IMG/VR virus record: IMGVR_UViG_3300032217_000636
Span: 1 to 38,625 of that record
Source: a virus
Lineage: Duplodnaviria > Caudoviricetes
Reading direction: 5' to 3' (one strand)
Length of the DNA stretch: 38,625 bases
A program made the position numbers and the translations under genes. Below the pieces are notes generated by a model. The model had not been told where the DNA came from, searched no databases, and worked only from the letters and a program-made list of their open reading frames with translations. This document shows, in pieces, positions 7,815-15,931 of this stretch. Each line of letters opens with the position of its first letter. Position 1 is the first letter of the stretch.

Positions 7815-7948
7815 ATCTATCTAAAACAGAAAGATATATCATCATTACAGGGATAGTTAGTTGCCTAATTATCCTTTCTATAGGTACAAGTTACCGAATA
7901 GCCCATCCTAAACCTATAGTTAATTTCAACATTAACAAAAAACCATGA
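7811..7948 (+). CDS. Small membrane protein (45 aa)
   Basis: MNLSKTERYIIITGIVSCLIILSIGTSYRIAHPKPIVNFNINKKP. ATGA overlaps. Confidence 0.6.
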   Translation: MNLSKTERYIIITGIVSCLIILSIGTSYRIAHPKPIVNFNINKKP

Positions 7949-8373
7949 CAAACTATGAGCTCCAAACATTACTCAAAGCAGCTTCTAAAGACTTCCGTAG
8001 GGCTAACGAAAGAATTACGGCAGAAATATCAAAAGACAATAAACTTAAAACCAAAAAGAATAAGTCTAAAGTTGGTAGGATACGTACCGCCATCCCCGAA
8101 TCAGATCTACGGCAGCCATTGGAGCAAAGCCCACAAGTTGAAACACACAGCACAACACAGTGTACTCAACGCATTAGGGTTTTATTCACTTGCTTCAGAA
8201 CCAAGCTCTTGGATACCGATAACAAGTTCGGTTCTGTAAAATATGCTTTAGATGCTTTGCGTTATGCTGGACTCATAGAGGACGACAAAGAAAGTGACAT
8301 AGAATTAGTCGTAAACCAGTACAAATGCAAAAAGACAGAAGAATGTACTACGATTGATCTAATATACTATTGA
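7945..8373 (+). CDS. RusA-like Holliday junction resolvase, catalytic portion
   Basis: LLDTDNKFGSVKYALDALRYAGLIEDD matches the RusA DxDN..K...DAL...G.I.DD motif. The N-terminal half does not look RusA-like. Confidence 0.8.
   Translation: MTNYELQTLLKAASKDFRRANERITAEISKDNKLKTKKNKSKVGRIRTAIPESDLRQPLEQSPQVETHSTTQCTQRIRVLFTCFRTKLLDTDNKFGSVKYALDALRYAGLIEDDKESDIELVVNQYKCKKTEECTTIDLIYY
7955..8239 (+). CDS. Overlapping ORF encoding a RusA-like N-terminal strand / PPSxN / helix
   Basis: ISLKLVGYVPPSPNQIYGSHWSKAHKLKHTAQHSVLNAL. Has its own ATG 10 nt downstream of 7945. Confidence 0.55.
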   Translation: MSSKHYSKQLLKTSVGLTKELRQKYQKTINLKPKRISLKLVGYVPPSPNQIYGSHWSKAHKLKHTAQHSVLNALGFYSLASEPSSWIPITSSVL

Positions 8374-8382
8374 CAATGTTAT

Positions 8383-8416
8383 ACAAATAAACCCTACTGT
8401 CGGCGAGACAGTAGGG
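8383..8416 (-). terminator. Probable terminator of the late (minus) unit
   Basis: 10 bp stem ccctactgtc/gacagtaggg followed by TTTATTTGT on the minus strand. Confidence 0.55.
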
Positions 8417-8455
8417 CTGCATATTGATGCCTGATCGCTGGCGAGTGATCGTCTT

Positions 8456-8483
8456 AACCTCAGTCGAATAGACTGGGGTTTTT
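8456..8483 (+). terminator. Intrinsic terminator of the early (plus) unit
   Basis: aacctcagtc-gaata-gactggggtt stem with one G-U pair, followed by a T run. Confidence 0.65.
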
Positions 8484-8697
8484 ACTTGATACGCCACGTA
8501 GCGTAAAGTGTCAATAAGCTAAAGGTTACAACTACTATTATATATATTTGTCCTTTGAATCCTTCTAAAGCAGTAACACGTCCATTTGTTTTAGTTGTCT
8601 GATCTCTAATATCAGCAAGTACTTTATCCTGGTTATCCATCCGCTCAAATATTTTAGCGAAGTTGGAATCTGATGATTGTGGATTAAAGTTACTCAT
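8482..8697 (-). CDS. Small coiled-coil + C-terminal TM protein (holin-like)
   Basis: QTTKTNGRVTALE followed by hydrophobic IYIIVVVTFSLLTLYATW. Confidence 0.7.
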   Translation of the reverse strand: MSNFNPQSSDSNFAKIFERMDNQDKVLADIRDQTTKTNGRVTALEGFKGQIYIIVVVTFSLLTLYATWRIK

Positions 8698-8733
8698 GCA
8701 CTGTGTTTGTTTGTAAATATCGTTATTACAGTG

Positions 8734-8859
8734 TCAATCCTTGTCCTGACAAAAATTCTTATGCCACCATAAAGTAAATATAGTAAATAGTGTTAAACAA
8801 ACACTTGCTAATAAAAACAGAGATACAAAAATTGCTACTACCCATTCAAACCAGTTCAT
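8734..8859 (-). CDS. Small membrane protein (41 aa)
   Basis: MNWFEWVVAIFVSLFLLASVCLTLFTIFTLWWHKNFCQDKD. ATGA overlap with upstream gene. Confidence 0.55.
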   Translation of the reverse strand: MNWFEWVVAIFVSLFLLASVCLTLFTIFTLWWHKNFCQDKD

Positions 8860-9203
8860 GGTTTAAACCCTTGTCTTTTAAGTTTAGACAATAAAACCAT
8901 GTTAGCCATACCTTCTTTGTTAATAGTGTATGTGCCGTCTTTATTGTCAGTTATGCCAGTGTTTTTAATTAAAGCAGGTGTAAATATAGGACTGCCGTCT
9001 GCCAACGTTGCGTCACCATAAATAGCTATTAATGCGTTATATCTGTCTTTAAAATTAGCTGTAACTATAAAACCATCGTAATTCTTACAAATAATACCTG
9101 CGTTTTGATTGTTACCATCAAAGCTAATTACTTTATTTTGTATAGGAGTTTGCACAACTGTACACCCAGATAAAATCAAAATTGCTAATAAACAGTATTT
9201 CAT
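8856..9203 (-). CDS. Lipoprotein (o-spanin-like candidate)
   Basis: Lipobox LSG-C in MKYCLLAILILSGC. Confidence 0.75.
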   Translation of the reverse strand: MKYCLLAILILSGCTVVQTPIQNKVISFDGNNQNAGIICKNYDGFIVTANFKDRYNALIAIYGDATLADGSPIFTPALIKNTGITDNKDGTYTINKEGMANMVLLSKLKRQGFKP

Positions 9204-9391
9204 TGGCTTACATCTTCTCTTAATTTGTTTAAATCGCCATTCACTTCTGCTGCTGCTTGTGCTTTGTCTTTAGCAATTTGTTCTGCTTGTGCGTTAGCAA
9301 CTATAACAGGCGTGTTTTCTAAGGTCTGTTTATCTTTAACAAACCCAAAAAAACTAGCTATGGCATTAAACAATGAAGATATAAAATCCAT
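9200..9391 (-). CDS. Small amphipathic/helical protein (i-spanin-like candidate)
   Basis: Hydrophobic N-terminus followed by an Ala/Gln-rich helix. ATGA-coupled to the lipoprotein gene. Confidence 0.6.
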   Translation of the reverse strand: MDFISSLFNAIASFFGFVKDKQTLENTPVIVANAQAEQIAKDKAQAAAEVNGDLNKLREDVSQ

Positions 9392-9855
9392 TAGCCTTTT
9401 GACTGGCTGTTTTGCCAGGTTGTTACACCGTTTTGTAAACCTGTACTAAATGCTTGCAACAATGCTATGACGTTTGGATCTGTAGCTGATGCAACTTGTG
9501 TACCGTAACTTGATTGATAGTAAGTAACAGCATCAAGTAAGGCTACACTAATAGCACTTTCAACTTCGCTGCTAAGGCCATTACTTTTGCCTATAAGGGC
9601 AACTGTAGCTGAAATGCTATTAGCGTCTAGGTTGCCTGTAGAAAACGCAGCAGGGATAGCTGTAGCTACTACAGATATGACAGGAGCGTAAGACTTGTTC
9701 TTGTTAAGAATTAACGGTACGGCAGTTTGGGCAAGTTGTGTAACAAACGGTGCTACGTTTTTAACTTCATTGCTTACTGCTGGTTTAGTGCCAACAGGAA
9801 AACTAACGCAACCACTAAGCGTTAGGAGTGGTAACAGGAGGAGTAGGCGTTTCAT
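9391..9855 (-). CDS. Lipoprotein
   Basis: Start ATG 9855 gives MKRLLLLLPLLTLSG-C lipobox, followed by an Ala-rich helical body. Confidence 0.8.
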   Translation of the reverse strand: MKRLLLLLPLLTLSGCVSFPVGTKPAVSNEVKNVAPFVTQLAQTAVPLILNKNKSYAPVISVVATAIPAAFSTGNLDANSISATVALIGKSNGLSSEVESAISVALLDAVTYYQSSYGTQVASATDPNVIALLQAFSTGLQNGVTTWQNSQSKG

Positions 9856-10054
9856 AAGATGGATATTTTTGTAAATAGGCTGCAAACACTGTACCAGCAG
9901 CAGCAACAAACTCTGCCATACTAACAGCCCAGTCGAGCCAATTCATACTGGCTACCTGTGCGTGGGTAACGCCTTTAAATTGCTGTGCAAAGGCATCGGC
10001 TAATGCCATAACGACTAAGCAATAACCAACTGAATGTCTGCGTATATGGTTCAT
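9815..10054 (-). CDS. Small membrane protein (holin-like candidate)
   Basis: Two hydrophobic segments; ATGA coupling. Confidence 0.6.
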   Translation of the reverse strand: MNHIRRHSVGYCLVVMALADAFAQQFKGVTHAQVASMNWLDWAVSMAEFVAAAGTVFAAYLQKYPSYETPTPPVTTPNA

Positions 10055-10437
10055 GCTCCAGCAACAAAGCCACTAGCTGACCAATAAACACCTGCACCTG
10101 TAGTAGCACATTGAATGTTTAAAGCTGTGTTAGGGCTGCCACGTAAAGGCGTGTTAAGATTAACGACAACAGGTACTGCTGGTTGTGCACCCGGATTATG
10201 ATCTGCGTACCCTGTCCATATCACTGTAGAACCATCAAGGATGCTTATTGCTGTAGCTGTAGATGAATTATTAACAAATGATAGATCAGTGAGATAGTTA
10301 CGTAAGCTAATAGTCTTGCTTGTAGCACCATCTGCCACTGTTTGTGCAGGATTAATAGTGGTAAGAGTCGTAGTAGCTAACGGAGTAGTGCCTGAAGTTG
10401 ATTGCCAAGAATAGCGGGTAGTAGAGTAAGTGGACAT
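10051..10437 (-). CDS. Small beta-rich structural/accessory protein
   Basis: Thr/Ser-rich, jelly-roll-like pattern (LNTPLRGSPNTALNI...SASGF). Confidence 0.7.
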   Translation of the reverse strand: MSTYSTTRYSWQSTSGTTPLATTTLTTINPAQTVADGATSKTISLRNYLTDLSFVNNSSTATAISILDGSTVIWTGYADHNPGAQPAVPVVVNLNTPLRGSPNTALNIQCATTGAGVYWSASGFVAGA

Positions 10438-10826
10438 TATGGTGAATTATTAGTTGTTATAGAAATGTTATTAGTCGTTACAACAGGCGTTGCAATGTTG
10501 TTTGTTGAGAATGTAACAGGCGTAGGATCTTGTAACGTAAATGCTGAAGGAGCTTTACTTACATCTACTGTTGTTTCCGCAAGAGGAGCTGTAAACGTGT
10601 TAGTCGTAGAGTCGTAATGCCAGCCCATGCCTGCACCTGTAGTCTGTACAGCCCCTAAAGCATCTGGATAGATAGATTGTATAGACTGAGGGTATGTAGC
10701 CCCTACAGATTGATTAGCAACCAGCACAGCTATCACCGTACCATCGCCGTTGGTTATAGCCCAGTTGTACATTGCGTCTTGAGCAAACGCCGTAGCCGTA
10801 AGAAGTATAAAAAGTATGTATTTCAT
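10437..10826 (-). CDS. Tail-fibre-associated protein with signal peptide
   Basis: MKYILFILLTATAFA-Q leader. Body NWAITNGDGTVIAVLV...AGMGWHYD..TNTFTAP resembles small proteins that follow Gly-rich fibre genes. Confidence 0.75.
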   Translation of the reverse strand: MKYILFILLTATAFAQDAMYNWAITNGDGTVIAVLVANQSVGATYPQSIQSIYPDALGAVQTTGAGMGWHYDSTTNTFTAPLAETTVDVSKAPSAFTLQDPTPVTFSTNNIATPVVTTNNISITTNNSP

Positions 10827-13243
10827 TAGAAAGTAATAGTACCTCCACCAGTGAATGTATAGACACGGTATCCGCCAGTCGTTGTTACCGTTGGTGTACC
10901 AGTTGTAGATGAAGCTGCTGGGAATGTAGAAGGATAAGCAAGTATGATTACGCCAGATCCGCCGTTACCACCGCTATATGATCCTGATTGTGATCCGCCA
11001 GCACCTGCTCCTGTATTAGCTGATGCTGAATTTCCGTTACCAGAAGCATTACCATTAGCACCACCACCCATACCACCATAACCACCAGTAGGAGAAAAAG
11101 CGCCATTAGGACCACCACCTCCACCCCCTGCGTATGAAGCACCAAATGGGTTTTGAGAGGCTATGTATGGAGAACCAGCAGTTGTTAATGTAAAGTTATT
11201 ACTGCTATTATCTACAAATGTAGGACTTTGGCAGGTTAATAATTGAGTATTAGTAATAGCCGTTAAAGGTGTAGTTGAAGGCGTAAAACTAGATGTGTAA
11301 AGACAGGTTCCATTTACTATGCGTAAATTAGATATATATCCTTGCCAGAAATTTGAATAAGTACCGCCGTAATAATAAGCACCGCATGACAATAAACCTG
11401 TAGTACTAAAATTTAAACCACCGCTATTTGCATTTGTGTCTGTAGCTTGCAACGCACCATTTATAAACATATACATGGTTGATGTAGAATACTTTCTAGT
11501 AATTGCTACATGATACCAAGTGTTATTGTTTACGCTAGAAGTAGATACTAACGCTACCCTGTTGGAACCACCAGAATAGTAATTAAAGAACGCTATTTTA
11601 TTTGGATAACTACCTTGGTTTACAAATAAAGTCCATTCACCTGTATTTCCATTCCAACCTGTACCTATAGGTTGCTCTAAAGATGTAGCTCCAGTGTATA
11701 TCCAAAATTCAATAGTAAAGTCATTTGTACCAAATGTAAGATTACTACTGCTTGGAACTGAAAAATAACCTGTGCTATTAAAATTATTAGACCAACTATA
11801 CGTTGCTGGGTTGGCTATGTAGGTAGTGAAGCCATCGCCTCCGTTACCACCTCCTGCTGATGATCCTATTGAGCCAGCCATAAAATATCCACCACCACCA
11901 CCGGATGAATAACCGTTACTAGAGCCTATTGAATTACCACCGTAATTTCCTTGGCCTATTGTTCCTGTTCCACCAGATACAGGAGAAGTGGTTACACTAG
12001 CACCACCACCAGAACCACCATTGCCGGGTGTGGTACTTGCTACACCAGCATAAGATCCACCTCCACCACCACCAACTGCCGTAACAGATACGCCTGTACC
12101 AGAAATTGTACTATTAACTCCGTTAGAAGCTGTAACTGTAGGAGATGTTGATCCTGCACCGCCTGTACCAACTGTAATTGTATATGTAGCACCAGAAGTT
12201 ATTTGAGCTATACCTTGTAAGACACCTCCTGCACCACCACCACCTCCACCGTAATATCCTGAACCTCCGCCCCCAGCCACCGCTAAATATTGCACATAAG
12301 GTGTCTTAGCTGGGGTAGCTATAGGTGACCATATAACAACTATGCCTGAACCTCCTGCTCCGCCTGATGCGTTTGTTCCGCCTCCCCCTCCGCCTCCGCC
12401 TGTGTTAGCCGTGCCATTAGAACCTGTAGAAGTTGATCCATTGCCTCCTCCCCCTGTTCCACCAGAGCCTGCTGTGCCACTAGATATGCCACCTCCACCT
12501 CCTCCTGCATAAGTTGTACTAGATCCTGCAACAGGTAAATATATTGCTAAACCTGTACCTCCTGAACCTGATGTTGTACCAGATCCATTGCTTCCTATAC
12601 CCCCAGCTCCGCCACCACCGCCTGTTGGATATGGAGAAGATGTACTTCCGTTACCGCCACCTTGCCATCCTTCACCAGCAACTCCTACAGCACCAGCTAC
12701 AACGCTACCACTAGGTCTTGCCCCACCACCTGAACCACCAGAATTTCCAAGTGTACCATTAGCTGTTTGACTATCGCTTCCGCCACCGCCACCGCCAACA
12801 GCACTAAATCCAAATGCTGAACTATTACTACCATTGCTTCCTGTTGTAGTATAAGAACTAGCACCAGCACCACCAGCACCTACAATAATAGTGTAAGTTC
12901 CAGCGGTTAAAGTTGTTTGTCCTATTACAACGCCCCCTGCACCTCCGCCAGCTCCACCAGCAGAAGCTCCAGAACCAGCTCCGCCCCCACCGCCTCCACC
13001 TCCAGCCACTATAGCATAATAAACAGTGCCTCCTGTTGTAACAGTGAATGTATTAGAGCCTGTCGTTGTAAACGACCATTGGTTATATCCGTTAGCTGGG
13101 GTGGCTTGTGTACCACCAGATGCTACAACACCACCAGCAGCTACGCTCTGCCAATAGGCAAAATTCATTTGCCCGAAGTTGTTACCACGAAGAGTCGTAG
13201 CAATGAGAACGCAGACTAATATAAACTTAGAAGTTCTGAACAT
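10826..13243 (-). CDS. Glycine-rich tail fibre/adhesin with LamG (ConA-like) domain and N-terminal signal-like peptide
   Basis: Two VAGGGGGG...GGSG(I/V)(V/I)I Gly-rich domains. LamG motifs DFTIEFWI, WYHVAITR, MFING, GYISNLRI. Confidence 0.88.
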   Translation of the reverse strand: MFRTSKFILVCVLIATTLRGNNFGQMNFAYWQSVAAGGVVASGGTQATPANGYNQWSFTTTGSNTFTVTTGGTVYYAIVAGGGGGGGGAGSGASAGGAGGGAGGVVIGQTTLTAGTYTIIVGAGGAGASSYTTTGSNGSNSSAFGFSAVGGGGGGSDSQTANGTLGNSGGSGGGARPSGSVVAGAVGVAGEGWQGGGNGSTSSPYPTGGGGGAGGIGSNGSGTTSGSGGTGLAIYLPVAGSSTTYAGGGGGGISSGTAGSGGTGGGGNGSTSTGSNGTANTGGGGGGGGTNASGGAGGSGIVVIWSPIATPAKTPYVQYLAVAGGGGSGYYGGGGGGAGGVLQGIAQITSGATYTITVGTGGAGSTSPTVTASNGVNSTISGTGVSVTAVGGGGGGSYAGVASTTPGNGGSGGGASVTTSPVSGGTGTIGQGNYGGNSIGSSNGYSSGGGGGYFMAGSIGSSAGGGNGGDGFTTYIANPATYSWSNNFNSTGYFSVPSSSNLTFGTNDFTIEFWIYTGATSLEQPIGTGWNGNTGEWTLFVNQGSYPNKIAFFNYYSGGSNRVALVSTSSVNNNTWYHVAITRKYSTSTMYMFINGALQATDTNANSGGLNFSTTGLLSCGAYYYGGTYSNFWQGYISNLRIVNGTCLYTSSFTPSTTPLTAITNTQLLTCQSPTFVDNSSNNFTLTTAGSPYIASQNPFGASYAGGGGGGPNGAFSPTGGYGGMGGGANGNASGNGNSASANTGAGAGGSQSGSYSGGNGGSGVIILAYPSTFPAASSTTGTPTVTTTGGYRVYTFTGGGTITF

Positions 13244-15923
13244 AAGATCCGTAATATTTAGCAGCAGTGGCGTTGTAGTAAAATGTATATACGTCTGTCT
13301 TACTTAATGTAGCAGTTTGTGTAGGAGCTGTACCACCAGCCCATAGTATGGTTGTTATGCCAGACCAGCTTACAGTGGTAGGAGTGCCTGATGCTGGCTG
13401 ATGAATAGCAATCGTTATCACTTGTCCATCTTGGGCGTTAGTAAAGGCCATAGAAGCAGCCGTAGCGGACGTAAGCGTAAGATCAAAGCTATTGCTTAAA
13501 GACCAATTAACTGAAGGAGAAGCTCCTGTAGTCACTGTACTTGTTGCTGGTGTTAGAGCACGTTGAGCAGCAGCAGCCGTTGTTTGGCTTGTACCACCAT
13601 TTGCTATCGAAAGCGTACCAGCACTCACGACACCACTGCTCGCTGATAAAGCTCCTGTTAAACTCGTAGCTAGCGTAGTAGTTCCTGTAGCTGTAAGATT
13701 GGCTGCCGTTAATGTTCCAGTGAATGTAGGACTAGCAGACAACACAGTTGAACCTGTGCCTGTTGAAGTGGTAACGCCTGTTCCTCCGTTTACTACAGGA
13801 AGCGTACCGCTTACTTGGGACGTAAGACTTATTGTACCAGACAAAGCTGATGTAGGTATTGTTGTAACAGCACTTACTACGCCTGATGTACCGTAAAGAT
13901 AACCTGTAAGACTTGTAGCTAAAGTAGTTGTACCAGTAGCTGTAAATGCTGGAACGGTTACAGAACCACTAAAGACGTTAGCATCAGTGCCTGCTTGGTA
14001 TATGCCGTATTGTGTAGAAGCTGTTGGATCAGCAGCTAAATACAATTGGTAAGCAGAACTAAGACTACCTGTAACAGTAGGAGTGTCTAAATAGTTTCCG
14101 TAATAGCTAACGCCTGTGTAAGAACCTACTGTAACAAAAGGCTTAGTGTATATAGCCTTTAATGAATCACTGTTTACCGAAGCGGTAAATGTAGGACGAT
14201 TGTAAAAGCCAGAAGCTAAACCTCCAGCGCCATCATTTAAAGCTGAATAATTAACAATAGAATCAGCAGCAACAGCAGCAGATCCTAAACCTAATCCAGC
14301 AAACTGAGGACTAGAAGTGGTCGTAATTCCTTGCACAGATGTAAGTGTAACAGCACCAGTTTGAGCTCCGCTAGTTGTACCGTTGGCTAATATATTAACT
14401 GAACCAGTAATAGACGATACACCGCTAGAAGCTCCTGTAGTCCATGATGGATTGGCTGACGCACCACCTGTTGTAAGATATTGTCCTGATGTTCCGGGAG
14501 ACAAAGCAGCCCAACCAGAAGCACCACGATAAAGAACAGATCCTTGTGTGTTGCTAAATGCATTGTCTAAAAAGCTACTTACAGTGTTAAACGCTGGTGC
14601 TGCTGTAGAGCTAGTGTTGTTTCCAAATACTGTGTTAGCTGCTGATGTAGTTGCTCCTGTTCCACCATTGGCGACGGGTAGAGTGCCGCTAACTTGAGAT
14701 GTCAAGCTAACTCCAGAAAGCGTACCACCTAAACTAAGATTGCCTGTAGTAGTTACACTACCTGTGAGAGTTATTCCATTTACGCTGCCTGTACCACCCA
14801 CTTGTGTTACCGTACCTGTACCGCCTGCTGCTGCCCATGCAAGACTGCTACCAGCTCCTACAGTAAGTACTTGTCCTGTTGTGCCCGCAGGAAGTGCAAC
14901 CCACTGAGCAGAACCACGGTAAAGCAAAGCACCTTGTGTATTACCTAAACTATCTAAATAAGAAGTTAATGTGTTATAAGCAGGAGCACCAGAACTAGAA
15001 CCGTTATTACCAAAGATTGAGTAACCAGCAGCGTTACTTAAACTAAAACTTAGGGCTGGTGTGCTATTGGATGTAGCTACAGCAGTAGTAAACAAAGGAC
15101 TTAAATTGCCTGCTGTAAAATTAGTTACAGTTCCAGAGCCTCCACCACCAGAACCATTAGAAGCTAGAGTAATACGACCATAACTATCTACAGTAAGATT
15201 AGTATTCGTATATGATCCGGGCGTAACAGCCGTAGCCACTAAACTAATCGTGGCATTATTGTTAGTTGTAACAGCAGCTATCTGTCCTGACGTACCAGAA
15301 ACACTTTGTATGCCATACGTAGCTGTTATGCTGTTAGTGGTAAACGCAACATTACCGTTACTATCAAACGCAAGGTATTTACCAGCACGAGCGTTTTTAG
15401 TCATAATTAATTGCGGAGGCACACTGTTAGTTGTTTCGTATGCTTCTACACGTAAACTAGCATTACCTGTGTTAAACGCCATTTGACTAAGCGTTGCTTG
15501 CTTGTCTAACGCTTGTTCAATCATAGCAGCCGTTAAATATCCACCATTAGCAAATACCGTAAGTTGGTTAGCTGGTACATTACGTAACACGTAGATATTA
15601 TCACCTAGTAAAATACTACCGCCACCTGTGTTTGTAAGTGTAAACGTACCTAATTGCATTTGATTAGCACTGTTATAGCCACCGCCAGATACAGTGTAAT
15701 CTGATCCTAAAACCAATACTGTAGCAGGATAGCGTGGTGCAGTAGTTTGACCTGCATCAACAATAATAAGGTCTGACGACTGCTGAAAAGCTAATCCAGT
15801 TGTAAAAGTAGCAGTTAATGATGCTGGCTGTTGTGGGCCGTAAACATCTGCGGTTGGTGTAATAGTGGCACTTAAACGTGCAACTAATAAAACCAAGGGT
15901 AATAGATAGCGTAAAACTTTCAT
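13227..15923 (-). CDS. Tail fibre with T7-gp17-like N-terminal anchor, preceded by a signal-like peptide
   Basis: SDLIIV..LVLGSDYTVSG..IYVLRNVP..IEQALDK anchor motif; repeats GTLPV.NGGTG and QG..LYRG...W.AL..GT.GQ.L; C-terminal beta-sandwich. Confidence 0.88.
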   Translation of the reverse strand: MKVLRYLLPLVLLVARLSATITPTADVYGPQQPASLTATFTTGLAFQQSSDLIIVDAGQTTAPRYPATVLVLGSDYTVSGGGYNSANQMQLGTFTLTNTGGGSILLGDNIYVLRNVPANQLTVFANGGYLTAAMIEQALDKQATLSQMAFNTGNASLRVEAYETTNSVPPQLIMTKNARAGKYLAFDSNGNVAFTTNSITATYGIQSVSGTSGQIAAVTTNNNATISLVATAVTPGSYTNTNLTVDSYGRITLASNGSGGGGSGTVTNFTAGNLSPLFTTAVATSNSTPALSFSLSNAAGYSIFGNNGSSSGAPAYNTLTSYLDSLGNTQGALLYRGSAQWVALPAGTTGQVLTVGAGSSLAWAAAGGTGTVTQVGGTGSVNGITLTGSVTTTGNLSLGGTLSGVSLTSQVSGTLPVANGGTGATTSAANTVFGNNTSSTAAPAFNTVSSFLDNAFSNTQGSVLYRGASGWAALSPGTSGQYLTTGGASANPSWTTGASSGVSSITGSVNILANGTTSGAQTGAVTLTSVQGITTTSSPQFAGLGLGSAAVAADSIVNYSALNDGAGGLASGFYNRPTFTASVNSDSLKAIYTKPFVTVGSYTGVSYYGNYLDTPTVTGSLSSAYQLYLAADPTASTQYGIYQAGTDANVFSGSVTVPAFTATGTTTLATSLTGYLYGTSGVVSAVTTIPTSALSGTISLTSQVSGTLPVVNGGTGVTTSTGTGSTVLSASPTFTGTLTAANLTATGTTTLATSLTGALSASSGVVSAGTLSIANGGTSQTTAAAAQRALTPATSTVTTGASPSVNWSLSNSFDLTLTSATAASMAFTNAQDGQVITIAIHQPASGTPTTVSWSGITTILWAGGTAPTQTATLSKTDVYTFYYNATAAKYYGSYVQNF

Positions 15924-15931
15924 GGTGTTAG

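Noticed and set aside
8177-8183. GGGTTTT as a canonical -1 slippery heptamer joining the RusA halves
   Set aside because: The 7955 frame reads GGG-TTT-TAT, not G-GGT-TTT, so the phase is wrong for tandem slippage. A non-canonical shift is not excluded.
10900-13150. CCACCACC-rich repeats as a CRISPR or tandem array
   Set aside because: Explained by poly-Gly codons on the minus strand; no constant repeat-spacer period.
10826-15923. Diversity-generating retroelement (plausible given BPP-1-like architecture)
   Set aside because: No reverse transcriptase ORF, and I saw no TR/VR pair differing at adenines. Fibre repeats are protein-level and degenerate.
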